Shown: piece by piece, positions 1-12,200 of the stretch | Layout: every line of letters begins with the position of its first letter | Position numbering within the stretch: the first letter of the stretch is position 1 | Assembly: GCA_000934665.2 (NCBI GenBank) | Contig: JYFJ02002822.1 | Span: 1-50,099, forward strand | Source of the DNA: Catajapyx aquilonaris | Taxonomy: Eukaryota | Direction: 5' to 3' | Length of the DNA stretch: 50,099 bases | Translations under genes and position numbers: made by a program | The notes under the pieces: generated by a model | Told to the model about the DNA's origin: nothing | The model's database searches: none | Seen by the model: only the letters and a program-made list of their open reading frames with translations

Positions 1-802
1 TGGCCCAAGTCCAAAAATGCAATTTTCGAGATAGGACTGCGGCATCACATTCAGAGAACTACTCCAAGTTGGTAAAAAAATGATGTAAATCCTAAGTTGG
101 ATATTTGGGCGGTAAAAGATTGCCGACGAAGATGCAAGCGATATTTCTGATGGGGGCACCTCTATATGGACAAAATAATATTCTGTATGACAAATAATAA
201 GTGTGTGGTAGTCAGTTTTTCCACATATAAAATTATTTAAAATTATTTTTAATTTTTTAATTTATAATTTATAATTTTTGCTGAATATTTCCTTCTCTTA
301 AATTTTTTATTGAAATTAATTGTTACTAAAATTATATATTTTTAAAATTGAGGAATGATCAAAGGAAATTTTATAAGTACAGTTGAATCCGGATATAACA
401 GCCTCGGCTATAACAGACTTTCGGTTATAACAGACTAGTAAGGCCGGTTCCGGCATACTTCCATCATAATTATATGGGTTTTTTAAATAGGATATAAGAG
501 ACCTTGGTTATAACAAGAGTATGTTATATCTGGATTCAACTCTATTACACCCAGTCAAAAATGGTGTAAGTCCATGCGATTTGTAGGATCATTACGGTGT
601 AAGTCACATATGATTTTTTATATAAATAAATCAAATTTTTTGTGACAGTAGCAATACATCTAACAAAGACTGCCCTGTGATGATTGCCAAGCTGACATAA
701 TATATTATGGATCCAGCCATATGATTGGCCTTTTTTCTAGGACCTTCCAAACTTGCAGGTGAATTCTCCCAACTTGAGTTTTTTGGATTTGGGCCACTTC
801 TG
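1..802. mobile_element. TIR element starting just left of the window
   Basis: TGGCCCAAGTCCAAAAA at 1-17 is inverted at ~780-796. Confidence 0.45.
380..542. mobile_element. Tc1/mariner-type MITE
   Basis: TIR CAGTTGAATCCGGATATAAC, TA flanks; a solo end recurs at ~36916. Confidence 0.75.
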
Positions 803-1006
803 TTCTAAGCGCCTCATATTTCCTACACATATGCCTAAATCATTCTATCCACCTCAATTTTCATGTTCGACATTGTTTTCGGCAACCCTGTGATATCTTC
901 TGTTGAAATCAACTTCTCTGTTTGTGTTTGTTGTGCAGCACAAAAGGCGAGGTTAATTTTTTATGGAGTGATATGTTTCCCCATAAATATGTAAATGTAG
1001 TATATA

Positions 1007-1765
1007 GTCCGGGCCCTAAGCGCAAAAATCAGGCCTAACCTTGCATTTTGGGATAAGAAGGTGCCACTTGGCACATATGTTCCCTAGGCCTAAAGGAGCA
1101 ATTCCAGAGTTGCAGGCAACTGATCGGCCCCTTAGGTCACGAGTTATGCGGTGTTGCCAACCTGATGAGGGAACTAAGCGTTTAACTCGGCACTTTGTGA
1201 TAAGAAGGTGCCACTTGGCAGACATGTTCCCTAGGTCTATAGGATCCATTTGAGAGATGGCGGCACGTGATCGGCTCCTTAGGTGAGGAGTTATGCGGTG
1301 TTGCCAACATGGTCCGGGACCTAATCATAACCGCATAACTCGTGACCTAAGTGGCCGATCAAGTGCCGCCAACTCTCAAATGGATCCTCTAGGCCTGGGG
1401 AACAATGGTTGCCAAAATCCCAAAATGCAAAGTTAAAAATTGTTATAAACGCTTAGGTCCAGGACCAGGTTGGCAACACCGCATAACTCCTGACCTAAGG
1501 AGCCGATCAAGTGCCGCCATCTCTCAAACGACTCCTACAGGCCTAGGGAACATATGCGCCAAGCCGTACCTTCTTATCACAAAATGCGACGTTAAAAACG
1601 TTCAGGTCATCCCCGACCATGTTGGCAACACCGCATAACTCGTGACCTAAGGGGCCGATCGGTTGCCTGCAACTCTGGAATTGCTCCTATAGGCCTAAGG
1701 AACATATGTGCCAAGTGGCACCTTCTTATCACAAAATGCAAGGTTAAGATGCTTAGGGCCCGGAC
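1007..1765. mobile_element. Foldback MITE with ~150-bp tandem sub-repeats in each arm
   Basis: TIR GTCCGGGCCCTAAGC, TA flanks; arms are mirror images; a related fragment lies at ~36385-36665. Confidence 0.8.
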
Positions 1766-1864
1766 TATGTACCGGACATAATAGAACAGTATATAAATGT
1801 AAACAAAGGGTTTGGCGTTACCTGGCAACCGGGCATGTTTGGACCAAAGAGTTCTGCTATATTA

Positions 1865-2327
1865 GGCGTATTCGGCAATTCAGATTATTCTGAGATGTGT
1901 CACGTGATATCTGAGTTGTTAGCCCTTCCCCTCAGAAGATTATTGCCGAACGGCCGAACTGAGAGACCCCCCTACCCGCCTGTGCTGCATCCCAGTGATA
2001 TGCCAATGTTCGGGTATTTCGGTGCCGTATTTCGGACGCTTGCGGGTAATGGTGCGGGTAAAATGAAAATGCGGGTAAAATCGGGTATTTTCAGGTCCTC
2101 TCACGGGGTTTTGGGGCATTTTGCATTGGCAACACTGCTGTATCAATAACATGAATTTGTTGTCCGCCATGTTTCTCAGCAAGTAAGTCAGATCAGGAGT
2201 ACACTAAGTTCCTGAGCTGGAGAAGTCAGGTAGGGCGCATGCGCACTTACTTCAGGGGGCGTGGCACCTGATTTGCCGAACATCCAAACAGCCCAGGAAG
2301 TCAGATTCCTGAATTGCCGAATACGCC
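1865..2327. mobile_element. MITE nested in the left TIR of 1845-2610
   Basis: TIR GGCGTATTCGGCAATTCAG, TA flanks. Confidence 0.75.
1993..2137. mobile_element. hAT-type MITE (4th nesting level)
   Basis: TIR CAGTG(AT/T)TGCCAATG; degenerate 8-bp TSD CTGCATCC/CTGTATCA. Confidence 0.6.
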
Positions 2328-3293
2328 TATTATATATATATATATATACCTAGAGGAGGCACTCGGGCTGAAATGTGAGGCAGGCAACAATGCAGGCAAC
2401 AATATTACCTCCAACAAGATGGCGGACGCCTGACATTATTGAACTAATTGTCGCCCAGTTGTCATTATTGGTTGTTGTCCCAGTTGCTAGACAACTGTTG
2501 GAACAACAATATTACCTCCAACAAGATGGCGGCTGCCTCAGCCTGTCTAATGGAAAAGGATAGGGAGTACCTCCTCTAGGTATTATATTATATAATAGCA
2601 GAACTCTTTGGTTTGGACATTGGCATATGGAGAGTACTTAGCGTTCTTTCTATTGTTGCCACTGTTTAGAGGTAGCAATTGATGCTGGGCGACCTAGCAA
2701 CGGGTGTGCAGGCTTACTAATGCATGTCATCGGAATAAGCGGGCTGAGGGGATATTATTTTGAGAAGGCACTTTGTTATTATCACACTATCGTCACTTCC
2801 TACGATGATGGAGTTACTGAATGGCCGGAAAGATGACAGGGATGTTCTAGTAGTTGGTCGTTATGTCTGTTGGTTACTACGGTACTATGTTGATGTTGAT
2901 CGTGACTGGGAAATAAATAAGTTATTCTCAAAACGTTCTGAGAGTCAGACCTGAATCTCACAAGATGAAGAAATCCAACATTTCTGACTCTGATGGTAAT
3001 TCAGAACGAAAATGTGTTCCTTATCCAACCCACCCTCTTTCACACCCTCTCACCCACCCACTACTCCCCTTTCACCTGTTACACTGGACTTGATTTGGAG
3101 TGGATGACATTCAATGTGGACCTTATAATATATTAAATTGGCAGACTAGAGCATACCGGACTCCTTCCCTATCATTCAGTAACTCCATGCATCCTGACTC
3201 ATGCTGGAAAGTGATGATAGTGTAATAATAACAACGCTCCTTCTCAAAATAATATCCCCTCAGCCCACTTATTCCAATGCCATGCATTAGTAA

Positions 3294-3439
3294 GGGCCAG
3301 TTGCACCGGCCTCAGTATAACTTAGAACCTCGGGTATAACAAGAATTGCCTAGCAATCATTGTTGGTCAACAATGATTGCTAGGCAATTCTTGTTATACC
3401 CGAGGTTCTTAGTTATACTGAGGCCGGTGCAACTGGCTC
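3294..3439. mobile_element. PIF/Harbinger (Tourist-like) near-perfect hairpin MITE, TAA TSD
   Basis: ~70-bp arms; empty site gcattagtaagcc in the 21.2-kb copy of the host element. Confidence 0.85.
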
Positions 3440-3615
3440 TAAGAATGCAGACCCGTCGCTAGGTCGCCCAGCATCAATCGCTACCTGTAAACAGTGGCAA
3501 CAATAGAAAGAATGCTATGCAATCTCCATATGCTGATGTCCGAACACTCCCGGTTGACAGGTAATGCCAAAGCCGTTGTTTACATTTATGATATGCTATT
3601 ATGTCTGGTAGTGTA

Positions 3616-3777
3616 CAGTACTGGCCAATAATCGAGGCAACGACTAGCGACATTTTCCCGAAGCGGCAGAAGAAGGAATCTTACTCGCCCGGCTTGTAGC
3701 ATGCTTATCTTCGATTCCTTCTTCTTCCGCTTCGGGAAAATGTCGCTAGTCGTTGCCTCGATTATTGGCCAGTACTG
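3616..3777. mobile_element. Hairpin MITE (family also at 46716-47305 and 47308-47468)
   Basis: TIR CAGTACTGGCCAATAATCGAGGCAAC, TA TSD. Confidence 0.85.
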
Positions 3778-3984
3778 TACATTTGAATAGGATTCGCACA
3801 AACTATATGAAACTCATCTTCGATTGTTGGAGATATGTAATTCTTATGGAAAGGGCAATCTGAGGGCAATCAAATAACACACTTTAACCCCTTCACTACC
3901 AGATCTACTTGCCATCGCCTAGTTTTTCACTCACGCATACTCTGAAGATACGGACAAGATATTTTACACAAAATAACAGCTATA

Positions 3985-4579
3985 GGGTAAACCGTACAGT
4001 CATGGCCCACTGTGTCTTGGTTCTTTAAGAAATAAGCTGTGTAAATGCCATACCATGAAAAAGTGACCATGTTGTGACACCTGGAACACTTGGCTTGAAC
4101 TAGGTCGAAAATCAGTCCACTGAGGTCATTGCAAGAGCAGTAATGGCACCTCAAAAACAGACCTGCTGCTCATGGACGATAAACCATACAGTGATGGCCA
4201 GTTTCTACAACCTGCATGCTTTTGTGTGGATTTACCTCGTGTCAGTTACGCCTACGGTCCTGATACCAATGGTCCCTACTGTCCTTAGATTCCTACTGTA
4301 GATATCCTATTGTTTTGCTGCCATGACCATCACTATCTTGGCACCTGGCCATTATCATTTGTAGGGGTGGCCATTACTGTCTGCCACCCAGTATATTTTG
4401 TGCATTTAAATATACGCATACATGCTGACAGATTTAAATGAATTTGGTGGAATGTGAAGTAGCAAATCCTCTGTTATTAGATAAACATTTAAAAAAATTT
4501 ATGCAGAAAGAAATTCTGAGGGTATTCATGTATTACTCTGACCAATACACTAAACTGGCCATCACTATGCAGTTTACCC
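3985..4579. mobile_element. MITE nested in the piggyBac-like element
   Basis: TIR GGGTAAAC..A.AGT.ATGGCC, TA flanks. Confidence 0.7.
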
Positions 4580-4728
4580 TACTTAGATGTTCATGGAAAA
4601 TACTATTCATGTGTTTGTAACAATTTTCCTCATCGAGAAGTCCCTAAATTCATTTCCAAAAAGATCGCTGTGAAACTCGACATCCGAGTATTGCCAGCCA
4701 ACTACATCGCTGATTTAATTATGAAATA

Positions 4729-5310
4729 CAGTAAAACTGATATAAGTCGAATCTTCATGGGACTGGGAAAAAACTTCAGAGTTATAGAAGATTTGAGTTA
4801 GAGACTCAGTTTGGAATTTTTTAAGCACATAACTCTATAAGGAAGCCTACCTTTATATCCAGCGACGAAAGGTGTTCAAAACTTAAAAATAATTGTCACT
4901 ATCACACTTACAATGTTCCTCATTGTTTTATTGTAAAAAAAATCTCAGTTATGGACATTTGCCTACTCTTAAATTCAAGGATTCAATTTTCACAATCGAG
5001 TCAAACACTTCTTTCAGTACATCTGGTAGACGGAGATCAGGAAATTGAGCCTTTCTGACTTCTGTACATGTGGCCAATACTCTCCACCCTTTGTCTGGGA
5101 AATTAGAAAATTTTCTGTATTCGCCAACATGAACTTCAACTTAGGGAGACTGAAAATGCATTGATATCCCATGGTAAGGCCCTGCCTGCACTTCAAGTTA
5201 TTCGAGTTAGGGAAGTTTACCTCCTATTCTTTTACATTGTGACCAACCAAGCGCATAATTTTCTTCGGCTTATAGAGAACTTCGACTTACAAGTTATGGA
5301 AGTTTTACAG
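4729..5310 (+). mobile_element. ~600-bp Tc1/mariner/pogo-type MITE family A, copy 1
   Basis: TIR CAGTAAAACT..TATAAGTCGAA, TA TSD; homologous to 13508-14061, 26175-26778, 37145-37725. Confidence 0.85.
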
Positions 5311-5981
5311 TACGTCAAAATATACGGAATAACAACCTTGAGAACAGTGGCAGACGAATCCACTGAAATCGTCGTAATTTGTGAAAAATAAATTAATTAT
5401 TATCTTCCGCTTTCCTGTTACTTCGGAAAACTCCAGAATTAATTTAATTCTAGCGAAGTACGACGATTTTAGCAACTTCGTGTGGCACGGTTCTCAAGGT
5501 TAATATTCATTATATTTTAACGTATTTCATAATTAAATCAGCCTGACGGTTGAACGGCAGTTCTCAAATTTCGAGTTTTTATACAACAATCTTTTTGCAA
5601 ATTAATTGAGGAACTTCTAGAGGAGGGAAATTGTTCCAAACACATTCATAGTATTTTCCATGAACGTCTAAGTATAGCTGTTATTATTATGTAAAATACC
5701 TTCTTCTTATCTTCAGAGTACGTGTAAGGAAAAATCTAGGCGATGGCGGTATATTTGGTAGTGACGGGGTTAAAGGTCTACTGTGACTGCACACAATAGG
5801 TACTGTCTGCTACATCTAATTCTAAGTAATGGAGTGGAAAAATTGGCTGCAATGTAAATCAATTCTTTCCCATCAATGTCCTATTACACATGCTCAAAGC
5901 TGTAAAAAAATTTATTCATGTGTTCTCTAATTCCTTTGCACCCTGCCAGGCAAATTCCACCTGCCATATTTCGGGCTGTTG

Positions 5982-6009
5982 TCTCTCTCTCTCTCTCTCT
6001 CTCTCTCTC
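5982..6009. repeat. (CT)n microsatellite
   Basis: direct reading. Confidence 0.9.
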
Positions 6010-6094
6010 CCAACAGGAAAAAAATGTTGCAAGAAATTGATTCCCACCCAATGTGGTTAACACACAGCTGAAATTAAATGGATTCAAATATTAC

Positions 6095-6261
6095 CTGAGT
6101 TAGTGTGCAAGCCATTGGCAGTGGTAAGGCTTTGACATCCCCAACCTTCTTCCACAATGATGGTTTGGGTGGCATTGGCCCTTCCTGGTAAGCATACAGT
6201 TGGTAACTGTTGACATCAGCATGGTTAGTGATGGCAGACATGTTCCAAGAGAGAACAATAC
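6095..6261 (-). CDS. ATF7IP: ATF7IP coding exon 14 (FN3 core)
   Basis: ttttgcag|GIVLSWNMSAITNHADVNSYQLYAYQEGPMPPKPSLWKKVGDVKALPLPMACTLTQ|GTAATA. Confidence 0.95.
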
Positions 6262-9200
6262 CTGCAAAATCCAGGCATGCGTTTTTCATGGTCCCACATT
6301 ACAAAGGACATAAGACACGGGATTATAATTAGTATTACAGTCATATCTTACCATTGGCCACCTTAGAAATCTTTAATTCTGGCTTTGGTGGCAAGTCTTT
6401 CCAACCTGGCACCCTAGCAAGTGTCATTGGCGGCCGGGGTAATGGTGCAGGATGAACCTGTGTGAAACACATACACATTTTTACTTCATCACTCTTATCA
6501 GGTATCTAGACGACTGTATAATTAAATATTCTATCACTTTTAAAATGTCTAAGTTACAAATCTTTAGGGGGAAAAAATCACATACCATTGACCGCACAAT
6601 GGTATTTGGTGGTGATGCAGTTGTCACTTGTGCTGACATAACTGTCAGGTTGTTTGCCAAAGATGAAGGGGGCTTGACTGGGCTCCTGGTTATAATAGTA
6701 GTCTGCGCAGGCCTCACTATACCGGGCCTCAAAACTCCAGGTACGGAAGGAATGTTACTGACAGCTGAAACGACAGGCTGCATCATAGTAGGTATCACGG
6801 TAGTTTGTCCTGGTCGCACAGGAGTCATCACCTGAAAAAATAATTAAGAATGCTTGTAAAATAGTGCCCCTTTGCTCACGAGCAGTGCAGAAACTGGTAA
6901 GTGTAGGGGAATGGGTGGCTGCCCATAGTTGTACCATTTCACAGAAATGAAGAGGCAAGTCCTGTAGAAGCCAAGGTAATGCAGAAAGTAGCAATGTTGG
7001 CTGTGAATTCTATTCCCAACTGGCCCCCCGTTCCATATTACCACACTTTTGCCTATTTATTGAATTTCAAATGACATAGAAAATGCTGCTTTTATACCCT
7101 ATATTAAAAATTTCCTGTACATCTAAATACTTACTGGCTGAATTGCAGCACTGGGTGCCATGGAACGCAAGATGGCAGTCCTGACCGGTGGACCTAAGAA
7201 ATAAAAATGTCATAATTATCAGGATAAGGAATATTGATACTAAAATCCTGCTACACCATTACAAGTTTTATGCCAACTGCAGATTTCATGCACCTAAACA
7301 TCTCAAATGTTGCACCAAATTGAGTTTTGGCAAACTGAAGGTGTCAATCTCAGTTTTTGTAACCTTATCAGCATTTCTCATCGGGCACTAAACCTCACTT
7401 AAACAGAATGATGATTGTTGCAGCATTTGGAATCATTATTGTTGTGTTTATGCATTCATAAAAAATAGGAAAGGAAAAGTGGCACAGCAGATGAGATACT
7501 AGTAGTTACCCTCTACCTTACAATGCTTCAAACATTATGCCATGAATGTAACTTACATCTTTCATCAGCTTTGGGAGAGTTGTGTTCAAGCTACCCTTCA
7601 TTTACAGAGATTTCCCTCTCCCATCCCACACCTGAGCAACCAATCTTCAGCTACACTCTCAGTACACTTCCACTGAATACATGGAACAAATTGAGCATTA
7701 ATCTTCACTCATTTACGAGGAGAGAGGTCACATTTTCTACTGCAGACTCCTGCCTTTTCCACTATTTTTTCCACTTAAAAACATAAAATATTTGCCTTTT
7801 CATGGTAAATGATTTTACTCTTACATCTTCACTAGTTAAAATATGAGGTTGGTAAAATACTTAGAAAAGGCAGATTTTGAAATGGAAAATGAATCAGAAG
7901 AGGAAAAAAGGGAGAAAGACCTTTCCACTTGCTACTTATACAAGTTGGAAAAAATACACAGTTTTCCACTTATAAGGGAAAAAGCACTAAATAGTGTTTC
8001 CTATGGGCCTACCCTGACAACCCCAACAATCATCATCACAACTGTTCAAACTTCTAGGAGGTATTTTTACCAATCACCTATTCCAATAATAAAGGTAGTA
8101 AAAGTGCCAAAAAACCAAAGTGTTATATATTATCATAAAACAGTACCACTCTACTTGTACTATATTTTCCACTTGCTCATTCAGGAGTCAGGAATTAAAG
8201 ACACCCAAAAATATAGATTAATGATCAGGAGAGCACAAAAGTAGGGAATGGGGCTATTGACAAAATTTTTATCTTCAACACCTTTTTGAGTTGTGTCCAA
8301 AGACTACAAATATCTGTCATACACATCAACCACATTGTTACCTTACCCTTCTAATACAAGAGATTCAATTCCAATATATCTGAGATTATTATTATTGTTA
8401 TTTTCTTCAATGAGAGTAGAATGAGTCATGAGGAGTGAGTGCAATACCCTTGAACCATCATCCTACTGTTATGGGAGTGAGGTGTGCACCATGACAGATG
8501 AAAATCAAAAATTGGGATGGAAAAGCTTTGCGTACTGCTCACTACTGGCTATCTCACAAATGACGATATCAGATGATCTTGTACTAGGTGATGCACTGGT
8601 TTGATCATTATTGAGGGCTGTGGGGGAAAAACATGATAACTGACATTTTTGTCATTTTTTACCTAAACACCTAGCAACTATGTATAAGACATGGCAAACA
8701 GATTGGTATATTCCAAGTTCATGTATCATGCATGAGATGGCCACACGGACTAGATCAAAACCAGCATTCCCTATGATTCGTTAAGCAAATTCAAACTTCA
8801 ATTCGCTCTCCTAAAAAATTACTCTTTTGTCAGCTATCATGTTTTTTCCCCACACCCCTCATTTGATCTCTATTATACAGGGTGTAAATGAATCCAACCG
8901 AAAAACTTCTAGGGGTGATAGAGGGGACCAAGACAAACATATTTGACCTAGGAAACCGTGTCCGGAAACGCCATCTAGAGGGGATTCATAGACAAGGAAT
9001 GGGTGCGCTCAGACGCGTCATGCGTGAGGCGCTAGGCGAGCGGACTGTTTTGTTGATAGATGGCGCTCGGATAGTAACCAATGATGCGATGTGCCATAAT
9101 GTGGCAACAACAGAGTCATCTAGCAACTAAAGTCCGCCTCCGAGGAGACGCGCGGATAGTCAACAGCGGTTCTGGTGTTGCCAGGTTATGGCGTATCGTG

Positions 9201-12200
9201 TTGTTGTTTACTTACGACGATGCGATACGCCATAACCTGGCAACAACTGCGCGCCATCTATCAACAAAACAGTCCGCTCGACTTGCGCCTCTCGCGTGAC
9301 GCGTCTGCGCGCACCCGTTCCTCGTCTAAGAACCCCCTCTCGATGGCGTTTCCGGACGCGGTTTCCTATGTCAAAAATGTTTGTCTTGGTCCCCTCTATC
9401 ACCCCTAGAAGTTTGTCAGTTGAATTCATTTACACCCTGTATAGCAGAATGAAAACAAACACAATGCAGTGGCTTCAACATGCTTGCTAAATGGCATAAC
9501 TGCAATATGCCAAAGAATTCACTCACCTTGCTGAGCAACTGGCATAATCCCCTTCAACAGAATTGTCTGAACAGGATTACTTCCCTTTCGAACAGCTACA
9601 CCAGAAGGTGCTACACCAGTAATGGTTGTGATTGGGTGCACCTGTAAGAAGAAAAAGTTTCACGTAGAGGTGCGCATGCTCCCACTACCAATTAATTTTA
9701 TGTGTAAGGAGCTAAATGCTGCTGGTGTTTTAATTGGTGTCACCAGGCCAATGTAAAATTTGACTATAATTTTTTATAATGATCAATGTTATATAGGGAG
9801 ACCTGTAAAGAGAAAAGCATTGCTTCTCCTACACACCAAATCTGCTGGTAGGCAACGGGACAAAATGCCACCAATGATGAGAATGCTGAGGCCACACGTC
9901 TCATTTTAAGTAAGAGGATTTAATCTTTTTATGACCAAGTGTTTTTTTTAAAAAATTATTATTATTTTTTAGCTTTACCCCATTAGAGGGAACAGAGCCC
10001 TTTTAGGGGGGGTAGATTACCACCATTTTTTCTTACGAAATTTTTCTTCGCATTTTTCTCTCCGGTGCAGGGGTCAGGATAGGGATTTGTGAGGGGGTGG
10101 ATACAGGTGCAAGTGCGATGTCCGATTTTTTTTTTTTTTTTTCATTACCCCACGGGGGGAGTTATGCTACTCCTTAGGGGGGGTGGGTTACCACCTTTGG
10201 AATTTGATTTTTTGGAGCGAGTTTAAGAAGATCTTAATTAGTGTACTCCAAGGGTGGGTGGGAGGGGATGTGCAAAGTGCAAGTGCAATGTCTCTAATCG
10301 TCATTTTGTGAACTCCCCCGGGTGGCTTAGTCTATCGGAAATTGCCACCCGAAACGAAGCCAGAGATGGCCCAACTCTGCACGAAAGAAGGTGGGAACCC
10401 CGGGTGGGGATTGAACCCGGGACCTTAACTTCCGTGGGCGAGCGCGTTACCCCTGCGCCACTCCGTCTCCCGCGATGTCCGAAATTTGGGGGTCGTGTGC
10501 AGTCCCCCAGGGGGCCAAGCTATAAGACCTAGATGCGGGTCAGAAACTGACACCACACCTCCTCATGGACAGGACAAGGATAGGAAAGGAAGGAAGCGGC
10601 TGCGGCCTATTTTACGGTACGATCCCGGAATTTTTCCTGGGGTGACCTCGGAAAACCACAGAAAGCCAAGGTCAGGACCGCCGCCCTCCGGGACTCGAAC
10701 CCAGGACCTCCCGATTAGCAGTCGGATACCATATCTACTCCACCACTACTGCTTCAGTCCCAAGTGTGTTTCAATCATTATTTTTCTATCTTTGGGGGAG
10801 AGAGATCAGCAAAAAATAATGCCAGCAGCCATTGGTGTTATTACTATAGAAGATATAAAAATGTCTTCAAATTGTTATATTGTCAACAGTTTCACACAAT
10901 TTATGCATTAATTGCCAAAGAAATATTAGCTTATAAAACATGTTAAGCATATGTGTCAATCAAGAATTTATTTGCCCTTCATTTTTCAGAATATATGGGT
11001 GTGTAATAGAGGTCATCTCACTTACCATCAGCCTTTTTGGTCTCCTGGAGTTCATATATCATGCTCTCGGCCGCCCCCCCCCCCCCCCCCANAAAATATG
11101 TCTGCTTCTGTGCCCCCCCCCCCCCTAAACTTTCGGTTTCTTCCCTACCACAAATAGGTTTTTCACCGAACTTACAGGTAAATTGTTGGTTACCTTTGCT
11201 TGGTTATTTTTTCGGTCTTTTTGAAATGCTGAGTGACATCATCCTTGTCCAAACCCCCTTCCCACTGCCCACCTCCACATTACACTGCATCACACTTGTC
11301 ACTGTCAACCCCCACCAGTATGTATCAAGCGCAAAGTGCATGTAACAAGTTTGTACAGTCAGCTTTTTCCTCTCGCACTTCAAGTTGTCCAAACTTTTCC
11401 CATGTAGTCTACAGTACACTAATATTGCTAATTTTTAACAATACTAGCAGGCCTGATCATTTGGCTTTAGTGTAGTCGCAGGGCTGTGCCAAATTATTTT
11501 TGCAGGTCCATTTCAAATTAGCACAAAGTCGCAGTGCACCTGGTGCAAACTAACCCTATGTTTCCCACTGGATTCTGCACTTTTTGGGTGGGGGTTTGAA
11601 AATACGACCGCAGGTGAAAATAACTGGATCTGGCACCAATGGTTTCGCACTCTATTCATGCACAACTCAGCTGAACACTTAAATTACCTCGAGAGAGAGA
11701 GAGAGGGGGGGGCACCTACTGTCTCATGTGCATGCGTGTGGCCGTAACTCCATCAATTGGCAACCCTCTGTGTTTTTTTAGCCCCTTCCAAGCGTCAGAA
11801 ATATCCTAGATAATTCTACATGATTGCCAACTCCCTATGATGAATTATGAAAACATTAAGTGTCTGTTTAGAAGATTTTAAAGGTCTGGTTTAAAAGGAG
11901 GTAATGTGAGCCACTAGGTACTTTAAAACAGGTGGTTCAGGTGTTCCAAGGCCACTGCCCGGCAGCTTGGGGGAGTCCGCTGCATGGTGGAATCCGGAGC
12001 GAGACCACTTCCACCTGCCACAATGGCGGCGGGAGAGTCGGCTTGGCCTTGAGCAGGTCTTTATGATTCCCCCCCCCACAAAAAGTAATTCGCAGTATTT
12101 CAGGAAACTTATGGTTTTCCACTGCATTGGAAAAATGAGGCAGGGAGCTATGTCTATTTAAATTCGTGCAGAAAGTATTTGTATACAAAGAATCAGACCT

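Larger units (their letters stand above)
1845..2610. mobile_element. P-like/hAT MITE, 8-bp TSD GTTTGGAC
   Basis: TIR CAAAGAGTTCTGCTAT...ACCTAGAGGAGG; TSD at 1837-1844 and 2611-2618; the copy near 20.6 kb has a single GTTTGGAC. Confidence 0.85.
1769..3613 (+). mobile_element. Mariner-like non-autonomous element (same family as 20510-21421) carrying nested insertions
   Basis: colinear with 20510-21421 once 1845-2610 and 3294-3439 are removed. Confidence 0.85.
3888..5769. mobile_element. piggyBac-like long-TIR non-autonomous element, TTAA TSD
   Basis: TTAA|CCCCTTCACTACC...GGTAGTGACGGGG|TTAA; arms match over ~250 bp once two nested inserts are removed. Confidence 0.85.

Noticed and set aside
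1160..1185. CTGATGAG hammerhead core
   Set aside because: No GAAA or flanking stems; lies in a MITE arm whose sister units lack the motif
2760..2954. Duplicated small ORF (also 20727-20921)
   Set aside because: Inside two copies of one non-autonomous element, TTG start, no transposase motifs
1..6094. Final ATF7IP exon (expected F...Y.FAVRA.D...R.GPF)
   Set aside because: Not found by eye; the region is mostly TEs, so the exon probably lies left of the window
7843..8244. 133-aa intronic antisense ORF
   Set aside because: AT-rich, no recognisable domain or splice structure
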